Shown piece by piece: positions 1-10,350 of a stretch of DNA of 23,888 nt (the first letter of the stretch is position 1; each line of letters begins with the position of its first letter). Location: the NCBI RefSeq assembly GCF_004010195.1, contig NC_057719.1, forward strand, positions 30,040,423-30,064,310. Direction: 5' to 3'. Source of the stretch: Chiloscyllium plagiosum (lineage: Eukaryota). A program made the position numbers and the translations under genes. The notes under the pieces were generated by a model. That model ran no database searches. It was not told where the DNA came from and saw only the letters and a program-made list of their open reading frames with translations.

Positions 1-580
1 TGGCTTATGTTCTTTGAAGCTGATCAAGTTTCTTGTATGCATATATTGCAATTTTTAAAAATACTTGAACAAGGTAGACAATATATCTAGAATAGCTACC
101 TCATACCACACAACTGGTTTTTGCCTATTTTAAGTCTTCAAACACTCTGGGTTTTATTATTCAATTAACTTACTCACATGTAGAATTTATGAAATGCCAT
201 TAGCAGCATGGTTTTACATGCTTGTTAATTGTGTTTTTGTTTGTAATACTTTACTTGGAGAAGGTAATTATTTTCCTATTTAATTGCTACATTGTAGTAC
301 ACTATTGGAATTTTAATTTAGTTTGTCATAATGTATTGAGTTATAAATTATTAGCTTCATCGTTCAAGTTATTCCTGTATGCAAACCAGTTAAAATGTCT
401 TGTAAGTATAATTTCATGTTGATATTGGTCCATTTTTCTCCATGTTTCTTTCACAGGTGTAATTTGTAATGTGGATATTTGTATATTCTGATGAATTTTC
501 TACTGGTTGGAATAGGGCGAGGTAAAGAAAACCAGGCCAATGAAGCATTCAAATAATTTTACCATGCTCATCCCATTTTA

Positions 581-1712
581 AGAACATATGAACATCTGAA
601 TTAGGAGCAGAAATGGGCCATTTGGACCATCAAGCCTGTTTACCATGCAATATGATTATGGTCTGATCTGTTTGTGTTTCAATGTTCATGTTCCCATGTA
701 TCCCTGATAACTTTTGATTACTTTGTGTAGCAAGAATCTATATCCCTCCCCTTCAAAATATTCAATGACCGTGCCTCCAGTGACTTCCATGGCAGGGATT
801 CCAAAGCCACACAAACCTAGGAGAGAAAATTTATTCTCCTCATCTCTGTTCTAAAAGGACAATACCTAATTTTAAACAATAGGTTTGGACTTGTCCACAA
901 AAGGAGCCATCTTTTCCATCTCCATGTTGCCAGGCCTTTCAAATAGGAACAAGCCCAGTCTGTCCAACCTTTCCTCATAGGACAACCAACTCATTCAGCT
1001 ATCAATATAGTAAACCTCTTTTGAACCATGTGCAATGCATTTAAATCCTCCCATCAGTATCCTTACTATTATGTTCAATACCTCTCATACCAAAGGATAG
1101 CATTCCATTAGTCATCTGAATTACTTGTTGTACTTGCATATTGATATCTTATAGCTTCATACAATGGGTCACCAAGAACCCTTTGCACCTTGAAATTCTG
1201 CACCTATTGAAGTAACACTCTGCTTTTTTTTCTTTCATCCTGCCAAAGTGAGCAACTTCACATTTTCCCATACTACACTCCATCTGCTGGATATTTGCCC
1301 AATCGTCTAATCTATCTGTATCCACCTGCAACTGCATTGTGTCCTCTTTACAACATGCTTTCTTACCTATCATTGTGTGATCTTCCAATATAGCTACAAT
1401 GCTTTCACTCCCTCACCAAAGTAATTGATACAAATAGTAAAAAAAACTGGCATCCCAGAACAGACACCTTGCAGGACTTCACTTGTCACAACCTACAAAT
1501 CACCATTTATACATTCACGTTGTCCTCTACAAGCCAGCCAATCTTCTATCTGTACCACCTCCATATTATAATTTCCTATTTTGTGCAATACATTTTACAT
1601 GGCACCTTGTCAAATGTCTTTTGAAAATCCATGTACGATACATCTACAGGATCCCCCTTTTTCCACAGTGCATGTTATTGTTTCATGAACTCCAATAAGT
1701 TGGTTAAACATA
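581..1712 (-). mobile_element. Degenerate 5'-truncated CR1-type LINE (3' RT and tail)
   Basis: Minus ORF 1149-1388 reads QLQVDTDRLDDWANIQQMECSMGKCEVAHFGR, the CR1 RT C-terminal motif. Its tail resembles that at 12165. Confidence 0.85.
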
Positions 1713-1805
1713 AACTCTTCCTTTTACTTTCCAGAAGCACTCATTATTCATATTAATTGATCTTGTTGTAGCAGATTTATCTTATTCTTTCTTCTTTCTC
1801 CTCAG

Positions 1806-2013
1806 TTATTGACCTGCTGTACTGGCGTGACATCAAGCAGACAGGAATTGTCTTTGGAAGTGTGCTTCTTCTGTTGTTTTCACTCACCCAGTTCAGCGTT
1901 GTGAGTGTCATAGCTTACCTGGCACTTGCTGCACTCTCTGCTACAATCAGCTTCAGAATTTATAAATCAGTGTTACAGGCTGTGCAGAAGACTGATGAAG
2001 GACATCCTTTTAA
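1806..2013 (+). CDS. RTN1: Reticulon-1, first RHD exon (208 nt, phase 1 in, phase 2 out)
   Basis: Polypyrimidine tract plus ctcag acceptor; gtaagt donor at 2014. Translates [70 protein letters not shown], near-identical to human RTN1 as I recall it. WRDIKQTG and QKTDEGHPF favour RTN1 over RTN3/RTN4. Confidence 0.97.
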
Positions 2014-2273
2014 GTAAGTGTATAGCCCATTTTTCTTCCCGTCAATGTTGTAACCTGTAATGCTCTCGGTGTGTCTAATGATAATATTTCCTTTACTGTT
2101 CACAAGCTGAAATTTATTGGGATATTAATGTGTGGATAGTCAGCACAAAATAATATTTGTATATCTATAATGTCTTTAAGGAGAAAGTGAGGGCTGCAGA
2201 TGCTGGAGATCAGAGCCAAAACGTGTGGTTCTCGAAAACCATAGTAGGTCAGGTAGTATCCAAGGAGCAGGAG

Positions 2274-2310
2274 AGTCGACATTTTGAGCATAAACCCTTC
2301 ATCAGGAATG
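2274..2310 (-). ncRNA. Second hammerhead-like core on the minus strand, GAAA mutated to AAAA
   Basis: Reverse complement reads cattc CTGATGA a GGGT-ttat-GCTC AAAA t GTC gact. Confidence 0.5.
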
Positions 2311-2778
2311 TGGGGTGGGGTGAGGATGGGGGCTGAGAAATAAATGGGACGGGGAGGTGGAGCTGGGGGAAGGTAGCTGGGAATGCGATAGGTGGATGAA
2401 GGTGGGGATGATGGTGATAGGTCGGGGAGGAGGATGGAGTGTTAGGTGGGAAAGAAGATGGACAGGTTGGAAATTCAAGAGAGTGGTGCCAAGTGGAGGT
2501 TTGGATCTGGGATAAGGTTATACCACGTGGGATCAATGTCGATTTCACCAGTTTCCTGATTTCCCCGCACCTCACCTTATGCCAGATCCAAGCCTCCAAC
2601 TTGGCACCGCCCTCTTGAATTTTCCTACGTGTCTAACTTCCTTCCCACCTATCTGTTCCACCCTCCACTCCGATCTATCAGCATCATCACTCACCTTCAT
2701 CTACCTATTGCATTCCCAGCTACCTTTCTCCCCCAGCCCCACCCTCCTTCCATTTATTTCTCGGTCCCCTTGCCCCAA

Positions 2779-2815
2779 CATTCCTGATGAAGAGCTTATG
2801 CTCGAAACATCAACT
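2779..2815 (+). ncRNA. Minimal type I hammerhead-ribozyme-like core of the PLE terminal repeat (probably decayed)
   Basis: CTGATGA (2784-2790), extra A, stem II GAGC-ttat-GCTC, GAAA (2804-2807), C, ATC. PLE terminal repeats are known to carry minimal hammerheads. Confidence 0.6.
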
Positions 2816-3324
2816 GTGCTGCTCCTCGGATGCTACCTGACTGGCTGTGCTTTTTCAGCACCACAGTTTTTGACTATAATGCCTTTAACAAGAGTTTCAT
2901 ACAATATAATTAGTTTATGAAGGACAGTAACTGCTGTGTAAAAACAACACGGATACTGACCAATTCACATGTTTTACATGATTTTGACTGAGAACAATAG
3001 GACACTAGAAAGCTGCCTGTATAGTGGACTGTTGAACAAGCAGTTCATTCTCTCAAATGAAGTGCAATAATTTTGATACTGCAGCATTCATTGAAAATTT
3101 TACAGAAATGCTGTCCCAAACTGGGTACTCAGGCAATCTTAACATTTCACTTAAAATCTTGAACACATGCACAGCTGTTTTCAATACAGTATTTAACTTG
3201 TCGATGCTTCAACATGGTTCATTTCATCATAACTGGATGGAAAGGTGTTGAAATGCATGGTATAGATGCTGACATATCATCAAAGACTATTTCGAACACT
3301 ATTCCTAATTCTTATGGTTAACAT

Positions 3325-4140
3325 TGAAACATGGGAAAGTTTATGACACAAAAGGACGCTTTTTAATCCATCCTGTCTGTTCAAACGGATAAAGCAGTGC
3401 AGTCAAATCATGTTCAAATCTTGGTCCATGGCGCCTTAAGTACTTATCCAAATGTTACTTTTAAATGAGGTAGGATTTCAGGCACTGAGATGTAGAACCT
3501 CACCACTTCTTAGCAAAACTTTCTGCTCAATTCCCTTCTAATCCTTCCACTAGTTACTTTAAATCCATGCTCCATACCTTATTAACTCTATGCAATCGGA
3601 AATAGATCCTTCCTAAGCACTCTGAGTAGGCCACTCAATTTTATACACATTAATTCAATTTTCCTTCAGACCCTCTATTCCATAGAAAACTGGCCAACCT
3701 CTCCAATCTTTCTTCATAACTAAAATTCACAGTTTCTGGCAATGTCCTTCTGTACTCTCTATTGTGATCATCTCTTTCTTGTAATGCAGGGACCTGGACT
3801 GTATTAAACTTTAATAGTGGACTAATTAGTGTTTCACAGTTCTAGTGTCTCCATGCTCTTTTGTTTTAGGCTTTTGCAAACAAAGGAAAATATTCCATAT
3901 GTCTTCTAGATCATCCTGTCTAGCTGACCTCCTATCTTCAGAGATCTGTAGACATGCACGAGAAGGTGCTTCTCTTCCTCTACACTTATCAGAATCTTGA
4001 CATTTATTGCATAGACACTTGCCTTGTTTGTCCTGTCAAATACATTACCTTAAACTTCTCTGGATTTTCTATTTGCCATTATTTTTGACAGCCAATTGGT
4101 CCACTAATATTTTCCTGGAGTCTCTCACTTTCTTCCTCAC
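3325..4140 (-). mobile_element. Old degenerate CR1-type LINE 3' fragment
   Basis: Patchy resemblance to the minus-strand CR1 copies at 581-1712 and 13563-14444 (e.g. gtaatgcagggacctggactgta, gccttgtttgtcctgtcaaatacattacct). Confidence 0.6.
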
Positions 4141-4263
4141 TATTAAGCATGTATAACTTAACTTCAGAAAGAAGGAAGAGCTCCAGATCATTCTGCAGTC
4201 AGATGTTTGCTCTATGACGTTTGCATCCGGGGTCAGGACACTGAGGGTTTGATGCGCCCCCAT

Positions 4264-4281
4264 CCCCCCCCCACGCGCGCG

Positions 4282-4313
<32 letters not shown>
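4264..4313. repeat. Compound microsatellite C9 + (CG)4 + (CA)15
   Basis: Read directly; (CA)15 spans 4284-4313. Confidence 0.95.
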
Positions 4314-4314
<1 letters not shown>

Positions 4315-4417
4315 CCTCCCAACTTCTCCTGGACTTCACAGAAATCAAAATTGAGCTTCCTTCCTGAGGAAGCTCTGCAGTGTCACCTTTTAGAATTAAC
4401 CAATGGCCCCATTTATC

Positions 4418-4608
4418 CAAAAGCAAAATACTGCAGTTCTGTAAATCTGAATTTAAAACAGAAAATGCTGGTGAAAGTCAATAGATCTGTCAGTATCAGT
4501 GGAGAAGAACAGAATTGGCCCCTTCTGAAGATTCAAATTGGTCTCAAATTTTCAACTCCGTGTCTCTACTAATTGATTCTGTCAGAACTGCTGAGCTTCC
4601 TCAGTACC
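4418..4608. mobile_element. Short decayed fold-back PLE terminal-repeat derivative
   Basis: aaaatactgcag...aaaacagaaaatgctgg...gtcagtatcagtggag on the left, mirrored by ...gattctgtcagaactgctgagcttcctcagta on the right. Same layout as 11666-11797. Confidence 0.6.
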
Positions 4609-4624
4609 TTGAAAATATGCTCAT

Positions 4625-4890
4625 TTCTCCTCTCAGGAACGTACGAAGATGCCATGACATTACATTGAAGAAGAGCAGGAGAATTATGCCTGGTGTGTTA
4701 GCCAATACCTGTCCCTCGTTCAACCCACAATAGCAGATTATCTATTCATCATGACTTTTCACAAACAACAAATTAGCTCAATTTTTCCTGCCTTAAACAG
4801 TGTCTGTGCTTTGAAAGTATTTCAGTGACTGTCAAGAGATTTGGGATGTTCTGTGGTTTTGAAAGGGAATATATAAATGCAAATTCTTTT
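4625..4890 (+). mobile_element. SINE fragment, probably Deu-domain (SacSINE1/AmnSINE1-like)
   Basis: aagatgccatgac...gaagagcagg...cctggtgtgttagccaat resembles the Deu-domain core as I recall it; 3' tail tttgggatgttctg...tatataaatgcaa. Confidence 0.55.
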
Positions 4891-5214
4891 TGCAATCTGA
4901 GGCAATTCGTGATTGGGTAAATTGTACCTAATCCTCGAAAGATAATACAATAGGAAATGTTTATTTTATTTGCCGTCCCATATGTGAATACATTGGATGA
5001 GATTTTCAACCTTTGATAAATGGATGCTAAAACTCCATCTTGGGTGAAGTGTAATGATTTATAAAGGTGTAAAATCTTATACATGTGCAAACAGAAGAAG
5101 TAGGTGAAATTTTTGTATTTTGTGTTCTTAAGCATCTCTAGTGTAAGATCTTTACTGGTGCAGCTCTGTGTGCTGAGAGTTTGACCCTGGCAAAACAGGA
5201 GAGAAAGTACAGCA

Positions 5215-6180
5215 ACCAAGATTGATAAGTTTATGTTGTCCAACAGAGGGCAACAACAACAACTTGCAATTGTAAAACACTTATACAATTGACATGCTAG
5301 ACTGAGTCTGCAGCAGATGGTGAGGCAACTGACAAGAGGGCAAAACATACTTGACCTCATCCTCACCAATCTGCCTGCCAAATAGGCAACTGTCCATGAC
5401 ATTATCAGTAAAAATGACCATTGCAGAGTCCTTGTGAAGACAAGTACCTCTTTCTACTGAGGATACCTTCCATCATGTTGTATGACACTAGCACTGTGCT
5501 AAATAGGACAGACGTTGAACAGATCTAGCAACTCGAGACTGGGCATCCATAAGGTGCTGTGGGCCATCAGCAGCAGCAGAACTCCCAACACAATCTGCAA
5601 CCTCATGGTTCAGCATATCCCCACTACCGTCTAGCCAGGGGATCGCGCCTGGTTCAATAAAGAATGGAGGAGGGCATGCCTGGGAGCAGTGCCAGGCACA
5701 CCCGAAAATGAGTTCAGTCTGGTCAATAACACCAACTGCTTGAGTGCCAAAAAGCATAAGCAGCTGTTCAAATCCACAGCCAACAGATCAGATCTAAGCT
5801 CTGCAGTTCTGCCAATCCAGTTTGATTGATAATTAAACAAATCACTTCTACAAATATTGCCATTTTTGAAGTTGTGGGAGCCCAATACATCAGTGCAAAT
5901 CCTAAGGCTGAAAAACTTGTAACAATCTTCAGGTAGAAAAGTCGAATGGATGATTTGTCTGGGCCATTTCGAGAGTTCCCCAGCATCATAGATGCCAGTC
6001 TTCAACTAGTTCAATTCCATGTGATCTCAAGGAATAGCTGAAGGCACTGGACATTGCCAAGGCTAAAGGTTCCAACAACATTTAGGTAATAGTCCTGAAG
6101 ACTTGCGCTCCAAAACTTGCCAGCCTATTCAAGTCAACGTTGCCATGATCCAGTACAGCTAAAATGCCAACATCTAACTG
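5215..6180 (+). mobile_element. CR1-group LINE ORF2 fragment (end of APE endonuclease to pre-RT)
   Basis: Translates LQQMVRQLTRGQNILDLILTNLP...VHDIISKNDH (APE C-terminal LDL..T / SDH motif), later LKALDIAKA...VLKTCAPKLA. Many stops and frameshifts. Confidence 0.8.
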
Positions 6181-6299
6181 CTCATCTTTCCTACATTCAC
6201 CACTGTCTGTCCTCCCACCCCTCTGCCGTGTCTTGTTTGTGCCTTGCTGGCTTTGTTGTTAGCAGACTGAAACCATTTTCTCCTTTTCATATCTAACAT

Positions 6300-7380
6300 T
6301 ACACCAATTTTAAGATCATTTCAAAGGCAAGTTTGTATCCAGTTCTCCAGCAATAAATGATAATCTAACAGCTTTCCTAATTACTTGCTGTACCTGCATA
6401 CTAATCATTTGTGAGTCATACACAAAGAAGGTTAGGTGGGCTTGGATCGGCGCAACATCGAGGGCCAAAGGGCCTGTACTGCGCTGTATTCTTCTATGTT
6501 CTATTACTTGCTGTACCTGCATACTAATCATTTGTGAGTCATACACAAAGACACTCAGATCCCCTTGCACCTCTAAGCTCAGCAATCTCTCACCATTTAG
6601 ATAAAACCCTTCCCTATTCTTTCTGCCAAAATGGACAAGTTTAGACTTTCCCATATTACGCTCATTTACCTGACTTTTTCCCACTTATTTATCTTGCAGC
6701 TTTACCCATTGTAGCTTTTTTACGCCCTCAACTTACTTTCCTACCTATTTTTGTGCCTTCAGAAAATTTAGAAATCATACTCTCGGTCCCTTTATTCAAG
6801 TCATTTATACAAATTATAAACAGTTGATGCTCACCACTAATTACAATGTCACGCCAAATTGTTACATCTTGCAAACCAGAAAATGACTCATTACTACTCA
6901 CTGCTTCCTTTAAGTTAAGCAATTATTATTACCCATGAGTTTCTACTTTTTGCACTGAACTTTTGATATGGGACCTTATTAAAATCCTTCTGGAAATCTC
7001 TAAGTGTAGTGCATCCATTGTTTCCCTATTATCTATAACACATATTACTTCCTGAAGGGCCAATACACATGATTTGCCTTTCACAAAACCATGTTCACTC
7101 TACCAGATTATCTTGATAATTTTCTAAATATCCTGCTATAATGCATTTAATGATGGCTTCTCACACCTTAACTATAGCAGATGGTTTGTAAATTCCTGCT
7201 GTCTGTCTCCCTCCCTTTTTGAATAAAGGAGTTGATCCACTATTTTCTAATCCCTGGAACCCTTTTACAAATATTAATACTTTGAAAAATTAAAACCAAA
7301 GCCACTTCATTTAAGATCCAAAGATGAAGCCTTTCAGGACCTAGGGACTTGGCAGCCCACAGCTCTAGTAATTTGCTCAA
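6300..7380 (-). mobile_element. Degenerate CR1-type LINE RT fragment
   Basis: Minus ORFs read LFIICINDLNKGTESMISKFSEGTKIG and KSKLVHFGRKNREGFYLNGERL...DLSVFV. Confidence 0.85.
6429..6502 (+). mobile_element. 74-nt CR1 3'-tail insertion with a 49-bp perfect target-site duplication
   Basis: 6380-6428 equals 6503-6551 exactly. The insert ggcgcaacatcgagggccaaagggcctgtactgcgctgta...tctatgttct matches the CR1 tail at about 18745-18794. Confidence 0.9.
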
Positions 7381-7482
7381 TATGTACAAGTTGTATTTCA
7401 TTGAATCTTCTGGAAAAGCACCTTAACCTCCATAAACATTTGCTTTTTTCTCTGTGTAAAATAAATTGTTTTATATTGGTAG

Positions 7483-7621
7483 AGCTTATTTGGATATGGA
7501 TGCCACCCTCTCTGAAGAGCAGATTCAGAAGTATGCTGATTCTGCACTGGTGTACGTAAACAGTACTGTCAAAGAGCTGCGACGACTGTTTCTTGTGCAA
7601 GACCTTGTGGATTCTCTGAAA
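7483..7621 (+). CDS. RTN1: Reticulon-1 RHD exon (139 nt)
   Basis: tag acceptor 7480-7482, gtaagg donor at 7622. Translates (K)AYLDMDATLSEEQIQKYADSALVYVNSTVKELRRLFLVQDLVDSLK; phase fits the previous exon. Confidence 0.97.
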
Positions 7622-8559
7622 GTAAGGACATCTAAGCCATTTTCTTTTATTACTTAATGTTAAGAACTGTCAATTCAGTTTTCACCTGACATTTAGTTTA
7701 AGAAGGTTAATACTGCTTTCATTTGCCACTGAAGAATCACCCATGATTCCCCTTCTGTTACTCCCACAGCAATATTCCTGTGTTCCCCCAATACTTGTTG
7801 TATTGTTGTCTTAGCCATAGAGTCAGGACTCAACCAGTGAATGTACATCTTTCATAATCTGGTCACAAGTAATTTATCATACAGTGCACCATATTTGCAG
7901 TTTTCACCTGAAGTTTGTAGATTTAGGATAATACTGTAAACTGATTTAAATTCTTGTTACCTCGTTAAAATTTAATTTTCTTGGATTATTTCATCTCTAC
8001 TTACCTGAAAAATGCTTCTCAAATCTATTCATAATTTAATCTTGTCTCTCTCCTTCGTAAACATAAATGAACAGGAATGTTTTGCACTGCTTCACCAGTC
8101 AGTGAGCAAATCTTAATGTCATTATTCTCTCCTTAGAGTGGAAAGGTTTTTTTTTGTACAGATCATATTTTGAATGCATCTGATTAGCACTTATCATATT
8201 ATACAAAGTACTTAAATGTAATGATGCTATTTATCACATTCCCTACTTTGGTGCCTTTTCTTAAACAACAATATCATTTATAGTAGAGAGCAAGGCACTA
8301 GTTTGATCTGCATTGTAATACATGTCCACCACTTTCACTGACAAGTTTATGAACGAAAATGAGACCTTGCCTGGCATTGTTTAATCAGGGCATGCAATGT
8401 TATGGGATGTGAATTTTTATTTAATTTCAAAGTGCACTTTGAACATTAAATGCCAGACATTAATCACAGCAAAGCATAAGTAGACTCATTCATGGGCAGT
8501 TAGCATTAGATTTGACACTGTCTAATTCAGAGACCTGAAGCCAATTCAATGGTTGAGTG

Positions 8560-9170
8560 GCAAAATCAAAATACTGTGGACGCTGAAAAGCTGAAACAAA
8601 ACCAAAAATTGCTGAAAATGCTCAGATGATCGAACAGAATTTTACCACTGGCTTGCAGGATGCTGAATTCAGGATGAAACCAGGGTTCTTGAGCACGAAC
8701 ATTCCAGCAGCTGGACAAGTTCAGCAACTTTCCCCAGGGCAACTACTTAATTGGCTGCCTACAGGTTTGCCATCCAGTTAAGGACAATGGGCGGATTTCC
8801 ACTGCTCCTGTTCCTGGTCCAGTCAATGGACAATTGAACCTGGAGCCCTGACAACCTCAGCAGGAAAGGAGCGGAATCATGTGGAAGGCCAAGAGCAGAT
8901 CTACTGGAGTTTTTCCCAAGATAGAAACCAAGCAGACAAGCTTCTTCACATAACCCTTTGGGCCTAAGGGTTGACTCTTCCCTGCCTGTAGTCTCGTCCG
9001 TTATGGATCTGAAGAATCAATCATAATAGAACCCCTGATTGACTGGCTGCACTGCATCAGGGGACCATCTTGATCATTACTATTTTCCAGGCCCCTCCCT
9101 CCCAGCCACCACTGCAGGAATTTTGAATATTCTGCCTAATATTTCAGGCCAAAGATATTTTATCAGAAAT
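8560..9170. mobile_element. PLE terminal fragment (8560-8630, 9138-9170) apparently interrupted by an approximately 500-bp GC-richer repeat
   Basis: The left part resembles 4418-4480 and the right part atttcaggcc...tatcagaa continues that repeat. The insert has weak inverted ends cagaatttt / aatattctg. Confidence 0.4.
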
Positions 9171-10084
9171 TCATGTGGAAAGTCATAGTTGAGTTAGAGA
9201 AGCAAACCAATTAGATACAAGGTGTACTTTCCTGTGAGGTATAATTTCAAGGTTATGGTCGAAGCACCTTGAAACTAAATGTAAACAAACAGAAATAAGT
9301 CACAATTGGTGCCGAATGGAGCTGTGAACTTACAGTATATATATTTTTTGAAAATTTAAGCTTCAAACCTATCCTTCCTGCACCATTATGCACCGAATGT
9401 TTAAGGAGATGAAACCATGACAGAATTTCAAATTTTAAATGACTTGTTCTGACACCTAAAAATACATCCAATGATATAGAAAATAAAGTGCAGGTATCAA
9501 CAAGGATAAATTGAAAAACGTACTCTCAAAAATCCCAATTGTGTTTCCTGCAACACCTATAATTCTGAGCTTAGTTTTCCACTTGTATTCATCCAGCAAA
9601 ATTCCTGACAAAGCTAAGCAGCCCATTATGAAACAAACTGGTTATTTATGTTTGTAAAATTATTTGCAGAAAGAAAACCCCTTCATTGAAATGCAGTCTG
9701 AGCCAGGAATCATCCAGTTGAACCAATCTTTTCACAATCCTGGACAGACTGTAATGTTTGACATACACCTTTTGGCTAGGCCATTTCACACATCCTTTTG
9801 ATTGATAGTTTATTGCTTTTTCTCCATGGATTAGGACAGAATCATCCTTGATTGCAGCACAAATTATAATTAGTACAATCCTTTTACCCGTAAAGACTTA
9901 GCAATCAAAATATTGCATTAAAAATACAATTTTTATTTTTTACTCTATTAGAAATTCTATAAACATATACCCTTGTAATGTGATATTTTAAAGTAATTAA
10001 CACCAAGAAATGAGGAGGTAATAAAAATAATGCCTATTCCATCGTTCTCTCTTTTTTTTGTCTATTTTAAACAAAAGCACATTA

Positions 10085-10350
10085 GGAGGGTTGACTAAAA
10101 GCAAGGGTCCAGGAGCAAATTTCAACAGGCATAGATTTAAAGTTATGCGTAAGCAAAGCAATGATAATGTGAGGAAAAAAATCTTTTGTTACACAGCAGG
10201 TGGTTAGGGCATGGGAGGATTGGGGAGACAGAGGGTGAGTTACTCGTAGCCGAATTCTCTGTCTCTGATCTGCTTTTCCAGCAGCTACAATATTTATATG
10301 ACTGCTCCAGTTTAGTTTCCAACCATTGGTAGTCCCCAGGATATTAGTAA
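10085..10350. mobile_element. Short decayed CR1 remnants
   Basis: ggcatagatttaaagtt...gtgaggaaaa...acacagcaggtggttagg resembles the CR1 ORF2 3' end (GHRFKV..FFTQRVV) on +, followed by an apparent minus-strand piece. Confidence 0.45.

Larger units (their letters stand above)
2180..2873. mobile_element. Non-autonomous fold-back PLE derivative (two inverted terminal-repeat arms) with a 15-bp TSD
   Basis: About 2215-2518 is a diverged reverse complement of about 2574-2875. Flanks are ctataatgtctttaa (2165-2179) and ctataatgcctttaa (2874-2888). The right arm starts with PRGINVDFTSF, like the PLE ORF end near 21885-21905 (PQGTNVD), and the terminus resembles 21808-21881. Confidence 0.85.

Noticed and set aside
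1714..1734. Alternative acceptor ctcttccttttactttccag 71 nt before the first RHD exon
   Set aside because: Use would hit a stop after about 8 codons, and the true acceptor at 1805 gives the conserved 208-nt exon. There is no other support.
2249..2920. Pro/Ser/His-rich ORFs on both strands
   Set aside because: They come from the purine/pyrimidine-biased PLE repeat arms and are not protein-like.
4773..5402. 209-aa minus-strand ORF
   Set aside because: It runs antisense over a LINE fragment, a SINE tail and AT-rich intron, with no recognisable domain; a chance ORF.
6380..6551. Repeat-spacer-repeat pattern suggesting CRISPR
   Set aside because: Only two units in a eukaryotic intron, and the spacer is a CR1 tail; explained as a target-site duplication.
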